64,000 bases of DNA from Eledone cirrhosa (GCA_964016885.1 OZ024742.1:242296001-242360000); one strand, 5' to 3'. Positions 1-12,464 are shown, counted from the stretch's first letter. The notes: generated from the letters alone by a model not told the origin. Translations and numbers: made by a program.

Positions 1-70
1 GATCGATTTAGTCGACTTTCCCCTTCCATTCAAATTACTGACCTTGTGCCAAATGTAGAAACAATTATTT
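1..70 (+). mobile_element. 3' end of tRNA-derived OK-like (Meta-domain) SINE
   Basis: gatttagtcgactttcccc...ccttgtgccaaatgtagaaacaattatt matches the 3' end of the longer copies at 30632-30850 and 39090-39312. Confidence 0.75.
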
Positions 71-702
71 TCTCCCATGAAACTAAACACGTTCCATGGG
101 TCAACACTTATCTCAAATGTCAGTGCTACTAAGAAGAGAGATAAACTCACATCTGTGTAAAACAATCTATTATAAAATTCTATTTAAGTAATATGTAATT
201 ACTGAATGCATATGAAAGTATACCACTCAGTTTACTACTAGAAATAGCTGTGTAAGTTTACATTGAAGCATCACTTAAGCAATTTTATGTGCAGCATTTA
301 TGGATTTCTAAGCTGTCTTCAGTTCAATGTAGATTATATTCTTACGCACATGGGCCGTTTCCATAGTAAAAAGGGCTAACTCTATTATATCAATGATATT
401 TCTTCCTTTGGCGTAAAAAAATAAAAAGCCGCTACTTCAACTCAGACAGAGGAAGGAACTTAATTTCTATAAGATATTTTGTGTGTTTTTTTCTGTTCAG
501 ATTATTTCCAATTTACTATAGTAAAATTAATTTTGTCTTGCCTTGTCGTAAGCCCCAAACTTCTGATGGAGCCATAGACAAGCCAACCTAACCTGCTGGT
601 GTCCATATCTTTTTAAGTTTGAGGACAGACGATTTCTTCCAGATGGCTTGACTGAGTAAATGGGTGAATGAGTGAGAAAGAGAAATAAAATTCTATATTT
701 GA

Positions 703-835
703 TTGGTACTTTATTTTATCGATTCCCAAACGAGAACATACAAATTAGACTTCGGTAATATTTGAAACCTGTATGCAGAGAATCGGAACCAGTACCGCAA
801 GGTATTCTAACCGTCGCTCTAGCATGTTTTCCGAT
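703..835 (-). mobile_element. Degenerate OK-like SINE
   Basis: ggtactttattttatcga...tttgaaac, a diverged match to the family. Confidence 0.55.
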
Positions 836-1534
836 TAAGCTGTTGTTTTCAAATTTACAAACAGCATCGCATTATAGCGGCTGACGGGATTCCCCATGTT
901 AGTATACGACGGCTCATTAAACGAGTTTGTCGATAGCTGTTTTTATGTTATCATTACGTGTATTTTCTACTTTATATTGTGAGAAATGATAAATGAAATA
1001 TTGAAAGATGTATAGTTTAGAACATCTTTTACACTGATTTTTAATCGAATTGAAAGTACCTATAATATTATCGAAAGATCGTAAATTGATAAGGATGTAA
1101 AAACTTTAATAATTTATGGTTTCCCTTGCAGACGCTGTTCAAAGTGTTGTTAGTGTGATATATATATACAAGGGGTTTCATAGGTTTAATGTAATTTTGT
1201 AATTCACTTAGTAAAATCCTCAATTAGTATACTATTAAACGTATTATGTGGCTCATTAATCCCTCTCCAATTAAGCAACTTCGGGAATTATATACTTCCA
1301 TTATCTAATTTTAACAGTTTTCCACTAATACATATATTGATAAATTTACTTATGGTAGTTTAAATTCTGTTCCGATGTCAAAAATATAATCATCATCATC
1401 ATCATCAGCAACAGCAGCAGCATTTTCATCGTCATTATCATCTACTTCTTATAGTAGTCGCTATAGTCATTCACTAATGATCAGTATTTCTGTCACCGGA
1501 GAATTGATATCACGTAGATGATAAATTACTTCAT

Positions 1535-1695
1535 GTGTCCTAGTGGTAAGGGTGTTGGTCGTATGATTATAATGTTGAATGTTCGATTCCTGGACTGAGT
1601 TGTTTGTGGTATTCTTAAGCAAAACACTTCATATCCCGTTGCTCCAGTATACTCAACCGAAAATGAGTACCAGTAATAGATGGTTTAACTCTGCA
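1535..1695 (+). mobile_element. CORE-type (OR-like) tRNA-derived SINE, partial
   Basis: A-box-like gtgtcctagtggtaagg, B-box gttcgattcc, then cttaagcaaaacacttc...gttgctccagtatactca; antisense homologs at 29935-30190 and 61612-61860. Confidence 0.7.
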
Positions 1696-2348
1696 TATTA
1701 TTAATGAAAATATTTACAATGGATCCTACTGTGAAATAAAACTACTTTAGTTCAATAAAGGAACAAAAATGGTAACAGTGAAGGGCGGTGCCACAACATT
1801 GCCTCAGCCGGATGGCTAGAACAGGTAAAAGAGGGTAAAAGTAAAAGTGAACTATTAACATTGAGTTAATTTAAACAAAGAAACTTAGTGAACTATATGG
1901 GAAGGAATCAATACCAAACACAGAAATAAGAGGATACCTCTCTATAATAATGTATCCTTCATTTAAGTTTAAGGTTCAATTACTGACGTATGTATGCTAT
2001 CAGGATCGATTTGTTAATATCCCCTACTACACATCAAACATTAATATTCGCAATTCGGAATATATTGTTTCTGGGTTAAAAGGTTTACCGATGCAAATTG
2101 TCCATCCCCAAAAGTCCTGTAATGTCTATTGGAATGTAACGATGGCGTTTTCCCTTTTTTGAAATCATATTTTCCTTAAGTGTTTAAGTATCTTATTGTA
2201 GTTAGAATGTTTAAGAACAAATATCGCTGGACGGGTTTTACAGCCAAAGCCAGCCCCCAGGAAACTCAGATGGTAGACCCTGAACATGATAGCTAAATAA
2301 CATCCATAAAATCTGTTTGTCTCGCATAGGGATGCAGGTGGCACATTG

Positions 2349-2454
2349 GAAGAAGAAGAAGAAGAAGAAGAAGAAGAAGAAGAAGAAGAAGAAGAAGAAG
2401 AAGAAGAAGAAGAAGAAGAAGAAGAAGAAGAAGAAGAAGAAGAAGAAGAAGAAG
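2349..2454. repeat. (GAA)n microsatellite
   Basis: Perfect GAA array; source of the poly-E/poly-S ORFs. Confidence 0.98.
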
Positions 2455-3253
2455 GAGGTCCCTTAATAAGATATAACATAATTATATGTGTTTATTTTTT
2501 ATTTTATCTTTGTCTTCACAGTATATTTTATATCCTCAAATTCAAATGCAAATTAAGCGTTGCCTTTATGTTCTGGTTTTGAAATTGCCTATTGCATCCG
2601 AAGAGATTTTAGACAGGAAATCTACAGAACTTACTGAACATCAAAAGCAAGCTTCAATAATCTTCTTTCAAAAATCCAACAAATCTTTTAATATTTTAAA
2701 TTCCTTGCTGAGGCTTTTGTTGTAAATATTTTCTATTATTTCCTTGGGGGGATTCATTCGTTAAATTACATGATTATACAGATATATAAAAGTATATATT
2801 TCCTATGAATGTGTATTCCATACGCACGGGAAGAGCGTAGATACATGATCAGTGCACATTCGTTGACATAATTAGAGTAAATATATGATGCTTGTATATT
2901 CAAGTATTAATGAGGGAATTTTACAACAATGTAATTATATGTAGTTTTGTAGATTAATATAATTAGGAACTATCAACATTGTTTTTGAGTTTCTATTTGA
3001 TTTTGGATATTTATCAACAGTATCACATGTATTCTTCAAGCATGATAATCAGTACTTAGTAGAAATGAGAAGTTCTGATGTTCAATCCTATATAATGGCA
3101 CACAATGTAGAGAAGATAGCTATTTAAATCTATATACCACCACAAATGAATACAAATATTTGTATATAACCATATACTTGTATGAAAAGATAATAACCTG
3201 CAAACATATGCATATATATTAATATATATATATTTATATATATATATATATTT

Positions 3254-3432
3254 ATAGGAACCAGTAAGACCCCGACAGCTGAGCTCAAGCCGTATCGACG
3301 GCTAAGCCGTCGAAACGGCTTGAGCTCAGCTGTCGGGGTCTTACTGGTTCCTATTACCCACTCTACTACCTCAAGTATTGAGTACTTTGGTGCGTTATGG
3401 TCCACCTGGTTCCTTACCACATTTCCTTCGTT
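3254..3432 (+). mobile_element. Family A fold-back PLE pLTR-like element carrying the 3' half of a hammerhead
   Basis: Palindrome 3254-3354; GAAA-cggc...gctg-TC-gggg at 3312-3338; tail homologous to 8081-8230(-), 18813-18911 and 40572-40775; flanked by (TA)n. Confidence 0.7.
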
Positions 3433-3793
3433 ATATATATTTATATATATATATATATATAATACATATAACATATATAAATATATATATATATTTAATA
3501 CATATAACATATATATATATATATTTAATACATATAACATATATATATATATATATATAAACACAGAGACACATACAAACCGATACACACATAGACACAA
3601 ATATAAATTGAGGAGAGGAAACACATTAATATATCATATCAATTATATTATACTCTATTGTATTACATTAATCGTTTGGCCTGAATTGTTTGCATGTCAG
3701 TATAAATTATATGTATACACACATACACACACACATATATATATATGTGTGTGTATATACATATATATACATATATATACATGTATATATATG

Positions 3794-3873
<80 letters not shown>

Positions 3874-3955
3874 TATATCTATATATATGTGTACATATAT
3901 TCATATATATATACATATATATCTGTATATACATATATATATGTAAATATATATA

Positions 3956-3986
<31 letters not shown>

Positions 3987-4090
3987 GTATATATATATAT
4001 GTATGTATATATGTATATATATGTATATACATATACACATATATATCTACATACATATATATATATATATATTTATACATACACATATAC

Positions 4091-4153
<63 letters not shown>

Positions 4154-4190
4154 TTTGTTTGTTTGTGTGTGAGTATGTGATTGCGTGTGT
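3433..4190. repeat. Compound (TA)n/(CA)n/(TG)n microsatellite block
   Basis: Seen directly; explains the YI/IY/CV ORFs. Confidence 0.95.
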
Positions 4191-4747
4191 GTCTGAATGT
4201 AGTTTAGGAAAAAAAACGTATTACTATACAAGCATCCAGTGATTAAAATTCACTCATTTTGTTTATCTTCAAATGCATTAAAATATAAAGAATATACAAA
4301 AGAAATATATTACTTGTTATGATTTTGATGTTAATGTTTTTTTTTATTCTTCTTCATTAACAATAGACGTATTATGCAACGATATCATATGCTTCAGCAA
4401 CTTATAAAAGCAAGATGAAAGAAAAGAGAAACATAAATAGAAACACAAATCTAATTTATTTTCTTTCTGTTTGCATTGATTTAATAGGCTTTTAATTTGT
4501 TTACTGTAACAAACCCTTAATAGGATTTTCATTTATAAGTACGAAAAGCATTCTTCTATTCTTCATAATAATATATGAGTATAATGTGTATTAGTTTACT
4601 TATAAGAAATTCTTTCCAATGGTATGCGTTTTCCATATTAAGATATAACTAGACTTATATATACCTCGAAATGTATAAATAGATACATATGTACATTTAC
4701 ATAGGCACGTACACTCACAAACGCACACACACATTTCTACATATGTA

Positions 4748-4816
<69 letters not shown>

Positions 4817-4851
4817 TGTGTGTGTGTGTGCGTGTCTATGCGTGCATAAGT

Positions 4852-4906
<55 letters not shown>

Positions 4907-4909
<3 letters not shown>

Positions 4910-5535
4910 TTTCTGAATTTGTTTAGCAAGATTCTTTATCTGAAAATGTGTGTTGAAACCGATATTGTTATACTTTGGGAGGGTCATGTTGCCAATAAGA
5001 AACACAGGCACTAGATGCTTTCACTCCAATTTATTTTAATAAATTTATAAATTTAAGAATTTATAAATTTCCGGTTGGTTGGTTGGGTGGTTCCACATCC
5101 GGACGGTTGTTTATATATTGTCAAATTTCTTTCGTCACACATTCTGTGATCTCTTCAGTGACTGGGGATTCTTTTTTTGTTTTTGTGCCTCTCCTTTGTA
5201 TCTGTCCTACGCCATCTTGCTTTTGTCTGTGTTGGGTGCTTAGTTTGCGCATGTATTACATCCGGGTGTTTGTGTGTGTTTATATTTGTTTATTTATTTG
5301 TTTATTTACAAAGGAGAATCACAAAAACAAAGAAAAGAATCCCCAGTCACTGAAGAGGTCACAGAATGTGTGACGAAAGAAATTTGACACTATATGAACA
5401 ACCGTCCGGTTGTGGAACCAACCAACCAACCAGAAATTTATAAATTCTTAAATTTATAAATTTAATTTATAATAAATTGGAGTGAAAGCAACTGGTGCAT
5501 GTGTTTCTTATTGGCAACATGACCCTCCCAAATTA

Positions 5536-5540
<5 letters not shown>
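4907..5540. mobile_element. Family B fold-back HHR element
   Basis: About 235 bp inverted arms (~4965-5200 vs ~5305-5540); HHR at 5346-5388 with its mirror at ~5120-5162; (TA)n on both sides. Confidence 0.75.
5346..5388 (+). ncRNA. Minimal type I hammerhead ribozyme
   Basis: gtca-CTGAAGA-g-gtcac..gtgac-GAAA-gaaa-TT-tgac; stems I and II pair, stem III is minimal. Confidence 0.65.
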
Positions 5541-5589
<49 letters not shown>

Positions 5590-5594
<5 letters not shown>

Positions 5595-5969
5595 AAGTCG
5601 TAGAATATTAGTCTACGACTTCTTTTATACCATAAACGTGGTTCTGTCTTTGCGTGTAATTGTTTTTTCACCGCTCCTATTAATGACGTATTATATACGT
5701 TTTTTCCCGTTCTTTGCCAGGGAACGTTTCCACGAACCAAAGTCTTCCTGTCTTCCTCCGGTTGCAATGTTTTTTGAAATATTCACTTCTGCGTTTACAG
5801 ATTGACTTTGTCAGTTTCAGAAGATCCCGTTAAGGGTGAAAGCAGCGATTCTTTGCTTAAACTTTAATCTGTTATTTTAATAAATATTTGCTCTACGGTT
5901 CTTATATATTTTATATATATTTATCCTATCGAGCCCTCTTAGGATTTTAGTCTTCAAATTTATTATTAT

Positions 5970-5972
<3 letters not shown>
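5590..5972 (+). mobile_element. Family C HHR element with a short 5' hairpin
   Basis: Terminal hairpin aaagaagtcgtaga/tctacgacttcttt; HHR at 5813-5863 agttt-CAGAAGA(U4>A)-tccc..gggt-GAAA-gca..tgc-TT-aaact; homolog at 43874-43936(-). Confidence 0.65.
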
Positions 5973-6444
<472 letters not shown>

Positions 6445-7035
6445 TAGGTATGTATACGTCCATACATATATGTATACAGACGTACACTAGTATGTACATA
6501 CATACATGCACACATATATATATGTCCGTATGGGTTTACCGAACATTTATTATAATGCTCGGTTTGTTTGTAAATAAACAGCCTGAATTAGTAGGCGTAC
6601 AGTGTTCGGCCACCATTGTTGTCATTTTGTTCAACACTGACAAAGGAACGATGAACTAGTTTATAGCTTATTATCTGTCATCAGCACCGTATACCTTCCT
6701 GTCAGTCAATTGAACGTTTGAAAGTATATACTTTCCTTATGCATATTAACGGCTGAGCAGCCTAATTTGCATATCGAGTGAGTTAGTCGGTCGGGAGTAC
6801 CGAAAACGATAAATGGAAAAAATGAAATTTTAGTTCTCACTCTTAGTACGGCTGATACTTAAATATAAGTATGGATACGTACATACATATATGTATACAG
6901 ACGTACAGTAGTATGTATATACATACATGCACACATATATATATATATATACGTATGAGTTTACCGAACATTTATTATAATTATAAGTATCAGCCGTACT
7001 AAGAGTGAGAAATGAAATTTCATTTTTTCCATTTA
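6445..7035 (-). mobile_element. Tandem plus inverted pLTR-like element (about 420 bp unit)
   Basis: Direct repeat 6449-6556 vs 6869-6981; inverted repeat ~6810-6862 vs ~6985-7035; minus-strand CTGATGA closed by a tacggtg/cactgta stem. Confidence 0.55.
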
Positions 7036-7056
7036 TATATATGTATATATATATAT

Positions 7057-7445
7057 TTCGTTTCTGAATTTGTTTAGCAAGATTCTTTATCTGAAAATGT
7101 GTGTTGAAACCGATATTGTTATACTTTGGGAGGGTCATGTTGCCAATAAGAAACACGCGCACCAGTTGCTTTCACTTCAATTTATTATAATAAATTTATA
7201 AATTCAGGAATTTATAAATTTCCGGTTGGTTGGTTGGTTCCACAACCAGATGATTGTTTATATATTGTCAAAGTTCTTTCGTCACACATTATGTGACCTC
7301 TTCAGTGATTGAGGATTCTTTTCTTTGTTTTTGTGCCTCTCCTTTGTTCTTTCCTACGCCATCTTGTTTTTGTGTGTGTGTTGTGTGCTTAGTTTGTGCA
7401 TGTGTTACATACGGGTGTCTGTGTGTGTTTATATTCGTTTATTAT
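7057..7445 (-). mobile_element. Family B HHR element copy
   Basis: Near-identical to 4907-5295; minus-strand CTGAAGA-ggtcacataatgtgtgac-GAAA-gaac-TT-tgac at ~7268-7308. Confidence 0.75.
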
Positions 7446-7490
7446 TATATATATATAATATACCGCATTCAATTGCAACTCTACAACGAC

Positions 7491-7586
<96 letters not shown>

Positions 7587-7769
7587 TGTATCAGCCACTG
7601 CCTTTTCCTTGGACTATATCGGTGTCATGGTGTGGAAGGACTGGCATCCATTAGCGAGAGTTGTTCTTACACAAAAATAACTTGCTTGGGCTTGTGCCTT
7701 TAAAAATGAAGTTATACTTGAAAAATCCAAAGTCATTCGTCACCGAAGGGTATTTTTTACCCTTTTACT

Positions 7770-7828
<59 letters not shown>

Positions 7829-8029
7829 GCACGTGTGTGTGTGCATGTGTGTGTAAATATATATACTAATTGAAATCATCATAATATATGTAATATGTGT
7901 GATGAATATGTTTCTCAGCAGAAATGTGCAATGATTGATTGCTTAAATCGATTTTCATTCTGATTCTACGAACTATGAAAAAAAAAAGTTTTCCACCTTA
8001 AAGTATATACTGTCTCCTAAATATTATAT

Positions 8030-8080
<51 letters not shown>

Positions 8081-8230
8081 CAAAGAAAGTGTGGTAAGAA
8101 ACCAGGTGGCCCATAACGCACCAGAGTAGATGATACTTAGGGTAGTAGAGTGGGAAATAGAAAAGTAGTCAGGACCGCTATGGTTGAGCTGAGCTCCGGC
8201 CGTTTCGACAGCTAGATCTAGTTGACGAAA
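8081..8230 (-). mobile_element. Family A copy
   Basis: Reverse complement of the family A tail; ends in the imperfect palindrome tttcgacagctagatctagttgacgaaa. Confidence 0.65.
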
Positions 8231-8345
8231 TATATGTATATAGCTATATATTATTAGAGAAACACATAGTATTTTGTGTGTATATATAAATATATAAATA
8301 TATATATATATATATACAAAATACTATATGTTTATCTAATGATAT

Positions 8346-8532
8346 ATAATTGTTTCTACTTTAGGCACAAGGCCAGCAAATACCCAGTGCATTACTGGTA
8401 CTTTTATTTTATCGACCCCGTAAGGATGAAAGGCAAAGTCAACCTCGGCGGGATTTGAACTCAGATCGTAAAGGGACGTAACTATGCTGGAAAGCATGGC
8501 GTCCGACCCTCTACCGATACTGCCAATCCAAT
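8346..8532 (-). mobile_element. OK-like SINE
   Basis: A box, B box (gagttcaaatcc) and gcctttcatccttacggggtcgataaa central domain on the minus strand. Confidence 0.85.
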
Positions 8533-8534
8533 GA

Positions 8535-10472
8535 ATAATGCTCCAGAAACTGTTAAGCGCTTCTAGATGTAGTAGAGAACATGGGCCCTGGCATCAGCAT
8601 GTAGCTATTACCAACATGGGATTAACTGCATCCCATTCGGATTTTGGCTGCATTAAGCTATGTCTACGACACTACCCGGATCGTGCATTGCTACTTCTCT
8701 GTCAGGAACACTCAAACTTCGTCAGATCTCGTAGATTCTTCGAACAATCATCATATTCTATTATACCCAGTCTTGTATTGACTGAATTTTCCATCCTATA
8801 TTCCAAAGTGTTTGGGTTTCACATTGAAAATTAAGACTCGAACCTACACTACGTATCACCTGATACCACTCCTACTCTTCTATCATCTATATCTATATTT
8901 ATAACCCTATCATCTATATCTATATTTATAACCATGTATTCTCCAACCCTGTTACCTATTGTTTATTTACTACACCTTGTTCTGTATTTTATTTCTTCTG
9001 TATTTTGATATCTTCGATATTTTCTTATTTACTTCCATTTTTACTCCCACAATTACCACCCTTCGTATGACTGTATTTTATTCATTTTATTCTCCTTATA
9101 TACTTATCCCTTTACTCATCTGTTACCTAAAATTAGCACACAACACTAGAATATTACTTTCTGCACCCTTTATAACTGTTTATCTTTAATTACTCCCCCT
9201 ATCCACTCAGGATTCACACTGCATATAAATTGAAATAACCCGGGCTTTTAAACTTCACACCAATCGTTTGGTACACGCGATGATCCGATGGCTATGACGG
9301 CTTTCCCGCTTGCACGCCCAGCGCTTGTCTCGGTCAACCTTCCTAGAGTGCTTGGAAAAATAAATTTCCCTTTCTTTCGGTAAACGAAAATACTCTGAAT
9401 CCGCCGTGTCACCGGTTAGTGACCGCCAAACAGTACTCTTAAATTTTAGGTTTAATCTTTAATCCTAACTTTAAATTCTACCCTAAAAAGTTATCATGAA
9501 TATCAAAAGTATATTTAACTTTTACATAAATGCCTCCTTCTACTAGTTCTATAACTAAATCCCCCACTAGTGTGAATAACTAATAATCGTTTGGTATACG
9601 CGTTGATCAGCTGGTGACGGCCTTCCCGTTATCACCCCCAGCGCTTGAGTTGGTTAACCTTCCTGGAGTGCTTGGAAAAATAAATGTTCCTTTCTTTCGG
9701 TAGACGAAAATACTCGGAACGATTGACACGCCTTTGGGCCCTGAGTGGGCTGGGAATCCGTCACGCTATTGGTTATTGACCGCCAAACGGTACGCTTAAA
9801 TTTGAGCTTAATCTTACTTTTTTTAATCTTAACTTTATATTCTACCCTGAAACTTTATTATGACTATCAATAATACATTTTACCTTTTCATAAATGCTTC
9901 CTTCTGTATATTCTTTAACTAGATCTCCCAATTTTAAACTTACATCTTACTTTTCTAACCTTTAATCTTATCTTAAATTATATCTTTTAATTCTAATTTT
10001 ACATTTCTAATATTTAATCGTAATTTCTAACTCTACATTCAAAAGCCTACTGTAGATCCGTCAACTATATTTTTAATTTATTTCTTAGTACTTTTTATCA
10101 CTTCTTACTAACTCTTATATGTAACCTGATCTCACCGCTAGCATCTGTCCACGACGTGGTAGTAGTAATATACACTATAAACGTACGGCCCATTGACCAG
10201 ACCGACAGACAAGATTAAGTATAATAGAATCCTCACTTGGAGGCAGCCGCCTGGACTAGTAACTGCTAATTTCTGGCCACCTTCTCCTCTTGAGCATTTC
10301 TCTCTGCTTTTCAGCCCCTTGGATTGTGTCTATTATTATATTCCTTTGTTGGATGAATTTAAGAATACCTGATGATGTCACCGGATTCATACTGAACTCG
10401 GTCATTGAAATGTTCATAGTATAATAAATATTTAAGGAATTACACTAGTCCAGCCTCCTGTCATTTTATAAT
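8535..10472 (+). mobile_element. Family E: PLE-derived element with long 3' region, two tandem structured-RNA modules and a terminal HHR
   Basis: Tandem ~320 bp duplication (9262/9585); HHR at 10365-10422; the last ~170 bp are homologous to the termini of 41065-43008; weak GIY-YIG C-terminus-like RRFFEQ segment near 8730; the 5' boundary is uncertain. Confidence 0.55.
10365..10422 (+). ncRNA. Type I hammerhead ribozyme
   Basis: atac-CTGATGA-stem II-GAAA-tgttca-TA-gtat followed by aataaa. Confidence 0.75.
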
Positions 10473-10490
10473 TATATATATATATATATA

Positions 10491-10961
10491 CTAGCAGTGG
10501 TACCCGACGTTTCACGGGATAAGGTATTTTGGAACGCGGGCCGCCAACAGACCTAATCGTGGAAAAACTGCATGCCTGGACAATATGTAAAGAAAATAAA
10601 CCGAATACTCTAATGGCTGGATAATCTTTAAGATTTTCCTCGATGAAGCAGGAAAAATGCAGGTTTTCACCTAAGGCCACAAACAAGTTGGATTTTCTTT
10701 GCTCAAGGTATGAAGAAGAGACTGACTAATACATAGTTACAATTTCAAGGAAATCGGTCTGACGTAACGCCTAAAAAAAACCCTAAAAAGCTTTAAAAAC
10801 GTAGTTTTTCACCTAATGCGGGTCCAAGGAGATTAAAAAAATTGAATTTCTTACGTTCATAACACTCCCTGAAACATAAGTAATACACATGTAAAGTTTG
10901 AAAAAGGTCGGTTGGGTAGTTCTCGAGTTTTAGGGATTCAAACTCACAGAGACACACACAC

Positions 10962-11025
<64 letters not shown>

Positions 11026-11325
11026 TCTTCATGGAAATGACGTGATGCAGACAGCCAGACATACAGACAGATATTATAAGGGCGCGACCTTATATGTTTG
11101 TATCTATCTAAAAAGAGAAAGACTAAGAATTATAGAGAGAGATCGCTAAATTGCCTAATGCTGTCCCTCGGGCATTGAAAATTTGAAATGTTTTTGCTCA
11201 GAACACTTCCTGAAACATAAGTTTTACACGTGTAAAATTTGAAAACAGTCGGTTGGGTGCTTCTCGAGTTTTAGGGATTCAAACTCCCACACACAAAGAG
11301 ACATCCTCAGTGTTATATATATAGC
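10491..11325 (-). mobile_element. Non-autonomous Helitron-like element
   Basis: Minus-strand 3' end has the cccgtgaaacgtcggg hairpin plus CTAG|T; internal (CA)n; duplicated gaaacataag...gattcaaactc block (10870-10945, 11212-11287). Confidence 0.7.
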
Positions 11326-11577
11326 TATATCTGTCTTCTTGTGGTTTTATAATTTCGCAAATTATTTCCCAATAGAGAGAGAGTCGGTTTCTGACATAGA
11401 CACAAGACTCTCACAGGGGAATTTACACATCAACTAGGTAGATTATGTATGCATGCATGTATGTGTAGATATGGATGTTATTGTATGTGTGGATGTGTAT
11501 GTTTTGAGTTGTATGTGTGCATGTGTATATGCTTTGTATCTGTACATGTGTATATGCAGTTATTAGTAGCAACATTT

Positions 11578-11765
11578 TTGAAGGCAGTCTTTTGAGGCAG
11601 TTACTAACATACCCCAGTGCCCCAATAAGCACTGGCATAAATCTGAAGGTGTAATCAGGGTGGAGTATCTGCAGATTTCTCATCAATTCTGCATAAATAT
11701 TCTCCCTTTCGCTAATCTTTGATATTATATTGGCATCTGCTGGGCAGCTAATTTCCACACTGGGT
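11578..11765 (-). pseudogene. Fragment of the restriction-like endonuclease domain of an R4/NeSL-type non-LTR retrotransposon
   Basis: VEISCPADANI..K..E....Y..L...L......F.PVLIGALG, a typical RLE C-terminal pattern. Confidence 0.65.
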
Positions 11766-11929
11766 AATTTGCTGGCCTTGTGCCAAAAAGTATTAAAAAT
11801 TAATTATGTGGCGATGGGTGAGTTTGAAGAATTGTTAACAGGAAGTAGAATTATATTTATCGAAGATTTATGGGTGTAGTAGTAGTAGTAGTAGGTATTT
11901 TGTTTATAATTTGCAGACAACGGAGCGAG

Positions 11930-12390
11930 CGAATTGATGCTACAAGAGGCTTCCAGGTCAAAGAATATTAGGGTCTCCCATTGACAAATTAAAACTATTT
12001 TTTAGTTTTTTACCTTACTTTATTTATATGCCCTGATATTTCGAGATTAACATCCCTCCTTCAGAGAAAATAAAGGAACTATTCCAGTGTCCGGTGCGGC
12101 TTGCTATACCTATTTTTAGTTATCTTTTAGTTAATTGTATTACCAACTAGATGATCACATATTATCTAGTTGGTAATACAATTGTTGTTGTTGTAGTTTC
12201 GAGTGAGTGTCTCGGTTCGAAGTCTTTTTGTTGTGTTCGTTACTGGTAGCTAAGCTAACACTTGATTTACCTAAAATTACGCGCTAATATATACGTTTAA
12301 AAGAACACACATTTTGATTACATGAGTTTAGTACAAAGGATTTTAATGCGTGCGTGTGAATGCGTGCGTGTGGAGATGTTGTGGATGCGA

Positions 12391-12464
<74 letters not shown>

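Noticed and set aside
2165-4242. Long ORFs rich in S, E, YI, IY or CV
   Set aside because: Translations of (GAA)n, (TA)n and (TG)n microsatellites; the same applies to similar ORFs throughout the window
8538-8834. 98 aa ORF as a host gene
   Set aside because: No splice context or recognisable domain; at best a decayed GIY-YIG C-terminus of the adjacent element
9346-9395. Structured module as SECIS, snRNA or SRP RNA
   Set aside because: No AUGA/GA quartet with apical AA at the right spacing, no convincing Sm site, and no SRP helix 8 motif
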